Of a DNA stretch of 62,240 bases, positions 36,990 through 45,816 are shown piece by piece. Source of the DNA: Candidatus Omnitrophota bacterium. Lineage in GTDB: Bacteria > Omnitrophota > Gorgyraeia > Gorgyraeales > Gorgyraeaceae. The translations under genes and the position numbers were made by a program. Position 1 is the first letter of the stretch. Each line of letters begins with the position of its first letter. A model generated the notes under the pieces. That model worked only from the letters and a program-made list of their open reading frames with translations. It ran no database searches and was not told the origin of the DNA. The stretch lies in contig JBHPHU010000004.1 of assembly GCA_042571405.1 (NCBI GenBank), forward strand, positions 1 to 62,240, given 5' to 3'.

Positions 36990-37928
36990 TTACTTCTTTC
37001 TCGCGATAACCCTTTTTGCTGCTTTCGCAATGTCTTCTGCGGTTAATTCGAATATCTTAAAAAGCTCATCAGGGTCGCCTGATTCCCCAAATCTATCTTT
37101 TACGCCAATGAATTCCACTGGCACAGGATATTCCTGTATCAAGACTTCACACACGCTAGAACCCATGCCGCCTGCTATAGTATGTTCTTCAGCCGTTACT
37201 ATAGCGCCTGTTTCTCTAGCGGCTTTTAAAATCGTGGTCCTATCAATCGGTTTTACTGTGTGTAAATTAATAAGACGCGCGTCAATACCTTGCTTTTTTA
37301 AAATCTCGCATGCGACAAGCCCTTCACCAACTTCATGGCCGCAGGCTATGATCGTAACGTCCTTGCCATCTCTTAAAACATCTGCTTTGCCTATTTCAAA
37401 AATGCCTTCCTCTTTTGTAATATTTGGTTCTTTCGCCCTGCCCAGCCTTAGATATACAGGTCCTTTGCAAGAAGCGCTGGCAATGGTTGCTTTTTTAGCC
37501 TCTATGGCATCGCACGGCACAATTACTGTCATGTTAGGCAGGATACGCATAAGCACAATCTCTTCTATTGCCTGGTGCGTTGGGCCGTCTGGCCCTACTG
37601 ACACGCCTCCGTGCGTTCCGGCTATTTTTACGTCCAGATTCATGTATGCGACTGAGACCCGCACCTGATCCCAGGCCCTGCCTGCGGCAAATACGCCGAA
37701 TGTGCAGGCAAAGGCTATTTTGCCTGAAAGCGCCATGCCTGCTGCAGTAGATATCATATCCTGTTCACTCACGCCCATTGAAAAAAATCTCTCAGGAAAT
37801 TTCTTTTTAAACCAGCCTGCGCGCGTAGAATCTGTCAGATCTGCTGAAAGCACCACTATATCCTGACGGGCATTACCCAACTCCACAAGTCCTTCACCGA
37901 ATCCGTCTCTTGTTGGTTTTTTATCCAT
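36990..37928 (-). CDS. transketolase, C-terminal (pyrimidine-binding) subunit
   Basis: Start at MDKKPTRDGFGEGL (37928). The track's upstream 18 codons translate a repeat. Confidence 0.9.
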   Translation of the reverse strand: MDKKPTRDGFGEGLVELGNARQDIVVLSADLTDSTRAGWFKKKFPERFFSMGVSEQDMISTAAGMALSGKIAFACTFGVFAAGRAWDQVRVSVAYMNLDVKIAGTHGGVSVGPDGPTHQAIEEIVLMRILPNMTVIVPCDAIEAKKATIASASCKGPVYLRLGRAKEPNITKEEGIFEIGKADVLRDGKDVTIIACGHEVGEGLVACEILKKQGIDARLINLHTVKPIDRTTILKAARETGAIVTAEEHTIAGGMGSSVCEVLIQEYPVPVEFIGVKDRFGESGDPDELFKIFELTAEDIAKAAKRVIARKK

Positions 37929-37975
37929 TAATGCTCCTCGCTTCGTCACATGTTTCTTGTTTTGGCACATGTTCT

Positions 37976-38017
37976 GGCACACTGAAGTGTGCCCTACAGC
38001 TGCTGTAAGCTGCTGTT
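37976..38017. repeat. 42-bp repeat, copy Y (between the transketolase subunit genes)
   Basis: See 29758-29799. Confidence 0.85.
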
Positions 38018-38837
38018 AACTTAATTCTTTTAACGCCTTTTCTAATTCCTCTTCTGTTGGAGCTACACCGTGATATTTATTCTGGTTTTCAAAAAATGAA
38101 ACGCCTTTTCCCTTCACAGTATGCGCTATTATCAAAGTGGGTTTTCCTTTTATGGTCTCTGCTTTATCGTAAGCTTCTACCACTTCTTTGATGCTATGCC
38201 CATCTATCTCAAGCACTTCCCAGTTAAACGCGCGCCATTTTTCTTTAAGCGGTTCAAGAGCTTTTGTGTCTTCAATCCTTCCGTCTATTTGAAATTTATT
38301 ATTATCCACTATGCCGCATAGACTATCTAATTTATAATGCGCCGATGTGAGGGCTGCTTCCCATATCTGTCCTTCATCGAGCTCGCCATCTCCCATAAGA
38401 CAATAAACGCGCTTAGGGTCTTTATTTAACCTTGCGGCAAGCGCGTACCCATTCGCGATTGAAAGGCCCTGGCCCAAAGAACCAGTTGACGCCTCGATGC
38501 CTGGCAGCCCGATCTGGGGATGCCCTTGAAGCCGCGTACCTGTTTTTCTCAATGTGCACAGCTCTTTCTTATCAAAAAAATTCATGTGCGCAAGTACTGC
38601 GTATAACGCGGGACAGGCATGGCCTTTTGAAAGCACAAAGATGTCACGCGTGTCGCAAAGCGGCCTGTCAGATTCACATCTGAACTTATAAAAATAAAGC
38701 CCCACGACAAGCTCCACCATGGAAAGCGATCCACCTGTATGGCCTGAGCCGGCACAAGTAAGCATTTTTACTATTTCAATCCGAATCTCTTTTGCTATCT
38801 TTTCTAATTCTTTGATATCAGCTCTTCTTTTTGACAT
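38016..38837 (-). CDS. transketolase, N-terminal (TPP-binding) subunit
   Basis: GSGHTGGSLSMVEL and GDGELDEGQIWEA. Confidence 0.9.
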   Translation of the reverse strand: MSKRRADIKELEKIAKEIRIEIVKMLTCAGSGHTGGSLSMVELVVGLYFYKFRCESDRPLCDTRDIFVLSKGHACPALYAVLAHMNFFDKKELCTLRKTGTRLQGHPQIGLPGIEASTGSLGQGLSIANGYALAARLNKDPKRVYCLMGDGELDEGQIWEAALTSAHYKLDSLCGIVDNNKFQIDGRIEDTKALEPLKEKWRAFNWEVLEIDGHSIKEVVEAYDKAETIKGKPTLIIAHTVKGKGVSFFENQNKYHGVAPTEEELEKALKELS

Positions 38838-40357
38838 AGCTCATCCAGTTTCCTTTGAACTTCTTTGTTATCGTTAAGCTGGAGTGATTTCTGCCAGGCC
38901 TCCTTGGCCTGATCAAACGCGCCTGTCTTAAAACACGCGTCTCCCAGATGATCATATACTACAGGATCATCACCTATCAGCTCTATTGCTCTCTCAAGTT
39001 CCAACCTCGCCTCCTCGAACAACCCTCTCTTATAATAAACCCATCCCAGACTGTCTGCATAAGCGCCGTTATTCGGACTCATGGAGAGCGCCTTTCTTAC
39101 AAAACGGTCTGCCTTGTCAAGGTTAATGCCTTCCTCAGCGTATATGTATCCAAGATAATTCAACACCTCAGGATCATCGGAACTGAGCTCCAGCGATCTC
39201 TCCAGCTGCAAAAGAGCGTCTTTTCGATAACCCGCATCTTCAAGCATTGCCCCCAGATAAAAATGAGACTTTGGGTTAAAAGGGTCTGCTTCTATGCTTT
39301 TTTTGTACGCCTCTATCGCAAAGTTCTTGTCGCCTTTTTCACTGTGACAAAATCCCAAGGCAAGATAGATATCTTCTGTTCTTTCCTCAAGAAGAAGCGC
39401 TTCTTTCAAAAGTCCTATGGCGTCATCTATCCTGGAATCCGCAACATAGATATAACTAAGCTCTATATACGCGACAACGTCCTCAGGGTCAAATTTCAGC
39501 AAGAGTTTATACTGGCGTATGGCCTCTTTTACGTTGTCCATCTGAAAATAGAGCTGACCCAGCTGGCGATATAGCTTTGTATTTACGGGATCGAGTTTTA
39601 TGGACTCCTGATAATGCTTTATCGCTCCCTCTATGTTATTATTTATTTCGAAGAGTACTGCCAGAGCTAAATGAGCCTCCAGGTAATCTGGTTTCAGCTT
39701 TATTGCTTTTTTAAATTCTTTCGCCGCGGCCTTAATCCGCGTTGCTCTTGTATACACTACTCCCAGATTAAAATGGATCAGCGGCGAATCTTTTCTTTCC
39801 CCCACGAGTTCCTCGTAGATCTTTATAGCCCTGTCCAAGTCCTGGCCAAGTATATACATATCTGCCAGAGATGTAAGAATAGCAAGGTCCTTTGGGTCGC
39901 TTTTTAAGATCTCTTCGTATTCTTTTGCTGCCTCATCATAATTTTGCTGAGAGGTATAAATAAGAGCGAGCAAGAATCTGGCGCGGCTATTTTTTTTGTC
40001 GAGCTGAGCTGCCTTTTTGAGACTTATAATGGCTTCGTTAGCCTTGCCAAGTTTTACATAAGCTGCGCCTAATCTATAATGCACCGGCGCCGCGTCAGGA
40101 TCGATCTTAACTGCCTTCAGGTATTCTTCTATCGCCTGGGAGACATTGCCTTCATTGTCATAAATCATACCCATAGAATAATGGGCGTATGAACGGGGCG
40201 CTATGGACGGGGCAGCTTCTTTCTCTGCTATCTTCAGAATTTCCTTGCTGGGGCTAAACGCTGTGCGTTTCTTTGCCTTCTGAGTAGACACACATCCTGC
40301 CCCATGCAAAGCCACTATCCCTGCAATCACTAAGATTAATAAATGTCTTGAAGTCAT
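38804..40357 (-). CDS. TPR-repeat lipoprotein
   Basis: Start at MTSRHLLILVIAGIVALHGAGC (lipobox), followed by more than 10 TPR units. Confidence 0.8.
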   Translation of the reverse strand: MTSRHLLILVIAGIVALHGAGCVSTQKAKKRTAFSPSKEILKIAEKEAAPSIAPRSYAHYSMGMIYDNEGNVSQAIEEYLKAVKIDPDAAPVHYRLGAAYVKLGKANEAIISLKKAAQLDKKNSRARFLLALIYTSQQNYDEAAKEYEEILKSDPKDLAILTSLADMYILGQDLDRAIKIYEELVGERKDSPLIHFNLGVVYTRATRIKAAAKEFKKAIKLKPDYLEAHLALAVLFEINNNIEGAIKHYQESIKLDPVNTKLYRQLGQLYFQMDNVKEAIRQYKLLLKFDPEDVVAYIELSYIYVADSRIDDAIGLLKEALLLEERTEDIYLALGFCHSEKGDKNFAIEAYKKSIEADPFNPKSHFYLGAMLEDAGYRKDALLQLERSLELSSDDPEVLNYLGYIYAEEGINLDKADRFVRKALSMSPNNGAYADSLGWVYYKRGLFEEARLELERAIELIGDDPVVYDHLGDACFKTGAFDQAKEAWQKSLQLNDNKEVQRKLDELCQKEELISKN

Positions 40358-40402
40358 GATCACTGTTGTTATAACACAGATTGCCACAGATTAAAAGATA
40401 CA

Positions 40403-40436
40403 AGATGATCACAGATAAAGTTATCTGCGATCATCT
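40403..40436 (-). terminator. hairpin built from 'agatgatcacagat' repeats after hisG and the small basic ORF
   Basis: agatgatcacagataa-ag-ttatctgcgatcatct (15/16 paired). A third arm copy is at 40444-40457. Confidence 0.45.
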
Positions 40437-40462
40437 GTTCAAAATCTGTGATCATCTGCGTA

Positions 40463-40552
40463 TCACTTCTTCTTGTGTCTATCTCTTCTGCGTCTTTTTT
40501 TTCTCTTATGAGTCGATATCTTTCTGCGTTTTCGCTTACGTCCACACGGCAT
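40463..40552 (-). CDS. 29-aa hyper-basic peptide (possible bS22/AURKAIP1-like small ribosomal-associated protein)
   Basis: Absent from the ORF track. AGGAGG lies 6 nt upstream of the ATG. Sequence MPCGRKRKRRKISTHKRKKRRRRDRHKKK; 21 of 29 residues are K/R/H. Confidence 0.55.
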   Translation of the reverse strand: MPCGRKRKRRKISTHKRKKRRRRDRHKKK

Positions 40553-40572
40553 TGTATGCCTCCTTATGATAT

Positions 40573-41445
40573 TTACGCAATAACTTTATTCAGCGGGTAT
40601 TCAATGATTCCCTGGGCGCCTTGTTTTTTCAGCTTTGGGATAATATTACGGACTATTGTTTCCTCGACTATAGTCTCTATAGCGCACCATCCTTTTTGAG
40701 AAAGCTTTGAGATGGTGGGTTTTTTCATGGCAGGGAGAACAGAGATTATTTTTTTTAGATTCTTTTCTTCCACGTTCATCTTCAGGCCTACTTTTTCCTC
40801 AGCTGCCAATGCGCCTTTTAAAAGAAGCGCTATGGATTCTATCTTCTGCCGCTTCCACTGATTCTTCCAGGAGACCTTATTCGCCACTACTAGCGTAGTT
40901 GACTCGCAAATCGTATCAATAATGCGAAGGTTGTTGGCCCTGAGACTTGCGCCTGTCTCTGTAAGTTCAACTATTGCGTCCACAAGACCTGCGCCTACCT
41001 TTGCCTCTGTCGCGCCCCAGCTAAATTCTACATCCACGCTTACCTTTTTCTTCTTGAAATAGGCCTTTGTGGCATTGACAAGTTCAGTAGCTATGCGTTT
41101 TCCCTTGAGATCCTTTGCGCTTCTTATCTTTGAATCCTTTGGCACCGCCAAAACCCATCGTACTGGCCGAAGACCCTGCTTACCGTATATAAGATCGCAC
41201 ACCTTTACGACCTGTTTGCCGCTCTCTATGGTCCAGTCATTGCCTGTAATGCCGCAATCAAGCGCGCCATCAGCAACATACCTTGCCATTTCCTGCGCCC
41301 TTAATAAAAACGGCGCGATCTCCTCATCATCTATAGATGGGAAATAACTTCTAGACCCTATAGATATATTAAAACCTGCTTTTTTAAACATCCGGACAGT
41401 AGCCTCTTGCAGGCTCCCCTTAGGAAGCCCAAGTTTTAACTTCAT
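40573..41445 (-). CDS. hisG: ATP phosphoribosyltransferase (long form)
   Basis: [16 protein letters not shown]... is the conserved start (AAGGGGA RBS). The track ORF extends 73 codons further upstream in frame. Confidence 0.85.
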   Translation of the reverse strand: MKLKLGLPKGSLQEATVRMFKKAGFNISIGSRSYFPSIDDEEIAPFLLRAQEMARYVADGALDCGITGNDWTIESGKQVVKVCDLIYGKQGLRPVRWVLAVPKDSKIRSAKDLKGKRIATELVNATKAYFKKKKVSVDVEFSWGATEAKVGAGLVDAIVELTETGASLRANNLRIIDTICESTTLVVANKVSWKNQWKRQKIESIALLLKGALAAEEKVGLKMNVEEKNLKKIISVLPAMKKPTISKLSQKGWCAIETIVEETIVRNIIPKLKKQGAQGIIEYPLNKVIA

Positions 41446-41675
41446 TATCGATCCCCTTCTTCTTATTCTTTCTAGAATAGCGTTTTTACTCTTTTTTACG
41501 CGAGTTTTGGGATTAATAGTCCAAGGCCTGCGTACCTTTATACGCCTGGCCTTTTTTGCACCCCGTTCCAAATCTTTGATTTGGCCCTCATATTGATTTA
41601 ATAATTCTAAAAACATACATACCCCTAAATCATTCCACATCCAATAAGATTTGAAACGGGGCACGTAGCTGAATT

Positions 41676-41704
41676 ATTATACAAGGTGGGTAAGATTTTG
41701 TAAA
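41676..41704 (-). promoter_or_regulatory. sigma70-type promoter TTTACA-17-TATAAT, about 225 nt upstream of the hisG ATG
   Basis: -35 at 41704-41699 and -10 at 41681-41676. Confidence 0.45.
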
Positions 41705-41892
41705 GAGGAAAGTTAGAGTGCTAGTAATCGGTGAATTATCAGGGGTACCATGCGCTAATATTGTTCGAGCGAAGCCCATCAGGGCAAAGTCGAGAACTAA
41801 ATCAACTTCTAGACCTGCCCCGTACCAAATATCTTCTCGACAAGCTCGAAGAATATTGGTTACCACCTGTGTTAACCCACCGGTTACGAGTA

Positions 41893-43122
41893 CTAGCTTC
41901 TCGTATCTTTTTGCTTGTAAAAAAAGACCTTGTCATTACGCCTTGCTTTGAAGGGTAGCTTTATGCCTACTTGTTTACCTTTTTCTGTAAAGGTGACTGC
42001 CTTACCGCCTATTTGCATCTCTTTTACTTCTGCGATCGATAAAGGCGTGCTCTTTCCGTAGATCGCGATCCTGTCTCCTATTTTAACGCCCTGGTTCCTT
42101 ATATGTATGGCCGCGACGTTATTTTTATTGTAAAAATTCACCACTTCTCCTAAAAAGATCTTTTCGTATTTGCTGCTTACAGGACCAGCTCCTGTATCAT
42201 CCGGCGTCTTCCAGAAAAATCCACTCGTAAATCCTTTATTGTAGACCGAGCTCAGTTTGCGTTTGAGTATTTTTTTTAACTGCGCGCTCAGATTGCCTTC
42301 AAAGAACGCGTCTATCGCAGTCCTGTATACAGAAGTTACCTCTTTCGCATACTCAGGATTACGCATTCTGCCTTCTATCTTAAAAGAATCAACACCTATT
42401 TCTATAAGCTTGTCGATAAAATCTATGGTACATAAATCCTTGGGGCTCAATATATAGTCTTTGCCCAAAATATACTTGTTGCCTTTTTCTTCCAGATCAG
42501 TGATGAGATATTTTCTCCTGCAGGGCTGGATACACTTGCCTCTATTCGCCGATTTTGCAAATGAATACGACGATAAAAAACATCTCCCTGAAAGACTCAC
42601 ACACATAGCGCCGTGAATAAAAGTTTCTATCTCGCAGTTTATTTTTTCTTTTCTGATGGACTTTATGATATCCTTTATTGCTTCAAAGCTGCACTCTCGC
42701 GCCAGCACAATCCTCTTTACACCCAGCGAACTATAAAATTTCACTGCAGAAAAATTTGAAACACTTGCCTGAGTTGATAAATGAACCCTGAGGCCCAATT
42801 CTTTAGCTATGCTGAGAACAGCCATGTCCCATGCAATAACTGCATCCACTTCTGCTTTTTTAGCCTTTTTCAAAATCCTACTGACCTTGTTTAGCTCATC
42901 ATTGTATACAATAGTATTTATGGCCAGATATCCTTTTCTGTCATTTTTATGCAATAGCTTCATTACCTTATCTAGCTCGAGTAAATCAAAATTTTCCGCG
43001 CTGTGACGCATGTTTAAATCTTTTACGCCAAAATATACGCTATCTGCCCCGTATTTTATAGCAGTCTGCAGCCCGGCCCAAGACCCTGCCGGAGCCACAA
43101 GCTCAATTTTCTTACGTTTCAT
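41893..43122 (-). CDS. peptidase U32 family protein
   Basis: 409 aa. ELVAPAGSWAGLQTAIKYGADSVYFG. Confidence 0.85.
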   Translation of the reverse strand: MKRKKIELVAPAGSWAGLQTAIKYGADSVYFGVKDLNMRHSAENFDLLELDKVMKLLHKNDRKGYLAINTIVYNDELNKVSRILKKAKKAEVDAVIAWDMAVLSIAKELGLRVHLSTQASVSNFSAVKFYSSLGVKRIVLARECSFEAIKDIIKSIRKEKINCEIETFIHGAMCVSLSGRCFLSSYSFAKSANRGKCIQPCRRKYLITDLEEKGNKYILGKDYILSPKDLCTIDFIDKLIEIGVDSFKIEGRMRNPEYAKEVTSVYRTAIDAFFEGNLSAQLKKILKRKLSSVYNKGFTSGFFWKTPDDTGAGPVSSKYEKIFLGEVVNFYNKNNVAAIHIRNQGVKIGDRIAIYGKSTPLSIAEVKEMQIGGKAVTFTEKGKQVGIKLPFKARRNDKVFFYKQKDTRS

Positions 43123-43132
43123 ACAATTCCTT

Positions 43133-43786
43133 TTACTTTGGATAACCTACTGGCTGAGTGAGTGTTATACCTTGATCATCTCTAAGGTTCATTGCTTTTG
43201 ACAAGGCTGGTTTATCGACCCAACCCAAGACAACAGTTGACAATCCTTCTGATGCGCAGAAAAGATATACATTTTGACTGATAAACCCTGTATCAGTTGC
43301 TGAATAAAAAATCGTCCCTTCATTGCGCCCGCCCATTTTTGAAAAATCAGCCACATATATGAGATTAATAGGAGCTATTTGCGTAAAAGACTGAAGCCCG
43401 GTAAACTCCCGCACATCCTTAGCCATGATCGGCTCTAAGGTGTGCTTTTGGGCATTGTATAAGTATAATCCTTTTTCCATCGCTACATAGATCCCTATTT
43501 CTTGCGAGTTTTTTGCAGTGGGGGCTGTAAGGTTTCCAGAATCAAGTCTGTTTACACCGGAAGCAGCCCATAAAAGATTTGAAATAAGCTCAAGGGAAAG
43601 TTCCTTGGAGCTGAATTGTCGCTCTGATCTTCTTTCCTTAAGCGCCTGCATTAATAATGCGCCTCTTTCAAGCTGAGGTTTTAAAAGTTCGATAGTCCCT
43701 AATTCTTCGGCCAAAACATTAGAGTCCCCCGCCAAAAAAACCATTGAAAAAACCATTAACATTAAAATCATCCTTACATGAATCAT
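43133..43786 (-). CDS. secreted nitroreductase/SagB-type dehydrogenase-domain protein
   Basis: 217 aa. Signal peptide, then RRSERQFSSKELSLELISNLLWAASGVNR. Confidence 0.7.
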   Translation of the reverse strand: MIHVRMILMLMVFSMVFLAGDSNVLAEELGTIELLKPQLERGALLMQALKERRSERQFSSKELSLELISNLLWAASGVNRLDSGNLTAPTAKNSQEIGIYVAMEKGLYLYNAQKHTLEPIMAKDVREFTGLQSFTQIAPINLIYVADFSKMGGRNEGTIFYSATDTGFISQNVYLFCASEGLSTVVLGWVDKPALSKAMNLRDDQGITLTQPVGYPK

Positions 43787-43797
43787 GCGTTACCTCC

Positions 43798-44598
43798 TTA
43801 ACTATCGAATGACGGAACTTGAGGGAGCTCTCCGGCCAGGGCCTTTTTTATCATCACTTTGACATCATCGCTAAAATCCTGCGTAACCATCCATTCCAAA
43901 TATCTCCGATCATTTTTAAGTATGCTCTTTATATGTTTTTTCTTCCCATATTTACCGAATGTGGGGTACAGCTCGCCGTTCCACCAGCAAAACTTCCGTC
44001 CTTTATCAAAATAAGCGCTGGAACGCTCGTAATCAAAATCTTTCAGAGACTCTATGCCTTGTTCTACAGCCCCATACCTTTTAACCTGCGCGTCAAATAT
44101 CTCGACAGTTGCTTCAGCGTCCCCCAAAGCAGAATGCGCGTTATCAAGCTTTTTACCGCAGTATAACTGATAAGCGGCTGTTAAATCTCTTTTTTCATGT
44201 ATGTGGTAAACTTTTTGCGCATCATATATATTGCGCTCGCGCCAATAAAAACTGAAGTCCGCGTCAAAAAACTCACGCTCAAGCACAGGGAGGTCAAACC
44301 TCAGGATATTAAATCCGCCGAGATCGGAATCACCTATAAATTCCAGCACTTCCTTGGCTATGTCCTTAAATCGCGGCGCGTCTTTCACGTCGTCATCTAC
44401 AATATTAATAATGCGACTTACATTAGGCGGAATAGGTATGCCGGGATTAACGCGTTTTACATAAGTCTCTCTTGAACCATCCGGCAATAATTTGATCATG
44501 CCGACCTCAACTATTTTATCTTTCTCAATCCATGTGCCAGTAGTCTCAAGATCAAACACCACTAAAGAACGCGGCAATTTCATTTTTTCACCTCTCAT
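43798..44598 (-). CDS. DEDDh 3'-5' exonuclease (DnaQ/epsilon-like) with C-terminal extension
   Basis: VVFDLETTG ExoI motif and HSALGDAEAT ExoIII motif. The alternative start MKLPRS (44583) has a better SD (GAGGTGA). Confidence 0.8.
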   Translation of the reverse strand: MRGEKMKLPRSLVVFDLETTGTWIEKDKIVEVGMIKLLPDGSRETYVKRVNPGIPIPPNVSRIINIVDDDVKDAPRFKDIAKEVLEFIGDSDLGGFNILRFDLPVLEREFFDADFSFYWRERNIYDAQKVYHIHEKRDLTAAYQLYCGKKLDNAHSALGDAEATVEIFDAQVKRYGAVEQGIESLKDFDYERSSAYFDKGRKFCWWNGELYPTFGKYGKKKHIKSILKNDRRYLEWMVTQDFSDDVKVMIKKALAGELPQVPSFDS

Positions 44599-44789
44599 CT
44601 AATCATCAACGCGATGAAACTCGCTAACATCAACATTACAACAGCGATAACTATTATTTTATACCGTGAATGTTTTAAACTGCCCATAAAGCCTATAGCA
44701 CGTCCTAAGTTTTCCCCGCAATAAAGACACCTTATCGCATCATCATCATAAATAGGCTGTTTACAGTGAGGGCAAATATATTCAGACAT
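44595..44789 (-). CDS. zinc-ribbon plus single-TM small protein (hypothetical)
   Basis: CPHC...CLYC followed by a hydrophobic helix. ATGA overlap with the next gene. Confidence 0.55.
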   Translation of the reverse strand: MSEYICPHCKQPIYDDDAIRCLYCGENLGRAIGFMGSLKHSRYKIIVIAVVMLMLASFIALMIR

Positions 44790-44861
44790 TGGTGTATTTA
44801 TTATAGGTTATTGGAAGAATAAAGACAAGGTGGAAATAATGGCAACACGGGAATGAGTGGA

Positions 44862-45701
44862 TTAATACTTTATTGTAAAATTCATGCCGAATTCTTTGGA
44901 ATTATTCTTTGGCTCCCATGCAACCATAGGGATTATCCCATAGTAGCTATAGTATGCCTTTTCTGACTCTGCGATACTCCAATATCTTATAAAAGGTTCT
45001 ATAAAAAAATCTATTTTTTCTCCTTTATTATGAAACTTTATAGAACCCCTGTAACCATGGCCATTGCCTTGATTGTTTTTTATGTCAACATAACCGGGGA
45101 TGGCTCCAAGAAGGCTCATTTGTTTTCCGCGACAAAAATAATCATATTCCAGCTTCACCTCAACATAATCACCATCTTCAAAAACAGTGATGCTTTCTAT
45201 CCCTATCGGTATATAATAATAGTTTGATTGTCTTTCATAACCAGCTGCGCCTGCAGTGCTAATTTTCCCAGCCATATCATCATTTAAATATCTATAGCCA
45301 TACCCGACATAAGGCGTAATTATCGAGTTATCTGAAACAAACAAACTATATCCTCCCAGACCTCGAATTTCAAATATGCGGTCATCTATACCGTCTATTC
45401 TGCTACCGGACTCCGATGTATAATCTACCTGCCCATAGCTTCCTCTTGCTTCTATCTTTAACATAGACCTATCATTATCTAAAGACAATGGCGGCACCCA
45501 ACCGCGATAAGTAAAAGCAACATTCACTCCACACATCCCACCTTTCTGTTTCATTACGCTAGGTTCTTTATAAGTGATGTACGAGGTTTCAAATCCTATC
45601 TCGACTCCTAAATTGCCAGGGGGAGTCTCCGATGTATTTGCAAAACTCTGCCCTGCTAAAATAAATATTAAAAATATCGTTGATGTTAATATTTTTTTCA
45701 T
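44862..45701 (-). CDS. outer-membrane beta-barrel protein (hypothetical)
   Basis: Start at MKKILTSTIFLIFILAGQSFA. Alternating beta-strand pattern, C-terminal ...FTIKY. TTGACT-17-TAAACT promoter at 45768-45740. Confidence 0.65.
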   Translation of the reverse strand: MKKILTSTIFLIFILAGQSFANTSETPPGNLGVEIGFETSYITYKEPSVMKQKGGMCGVNVAFTYRGWVPPLSLDNDRSMLKIEARGSYGQVDYTSESGSRIDGIDDRIFEIRGLGGYSLFVSDNSIITPYVGYGYRYLNDDMAGKISTAGAAGYERQSNYYYIPIGIESITVFEDGDYVEVKLEYDYFCRGKQMSLLGAIPGYVDIKNNQGNGHGYRGSIKFHNKGEKIDFFIEPFIRYWSIAESEKAYYSYYGIIPMVAWEPKNNSKEFGMNFTIKY

Positions 45702-45816
45702 CTGACCTATACCCTTTTTAAATTTAACACACAAAAAGAAGTTTACCTTATAACATATACTTAGTCAAGATTCTGCCTTGTTGTATTCGTGAGTACCTTG
45801 TCGTTATGATCCCAAA

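Noticed and set aside
41703-41713. RNase P RNA-like motif AGAGGAAAGT on the plus strand
   Set aside because: Only the GAGGAAAGU core matches. The following UCCGGGC, the P4 partner and other conserved RNase P regions are absent.
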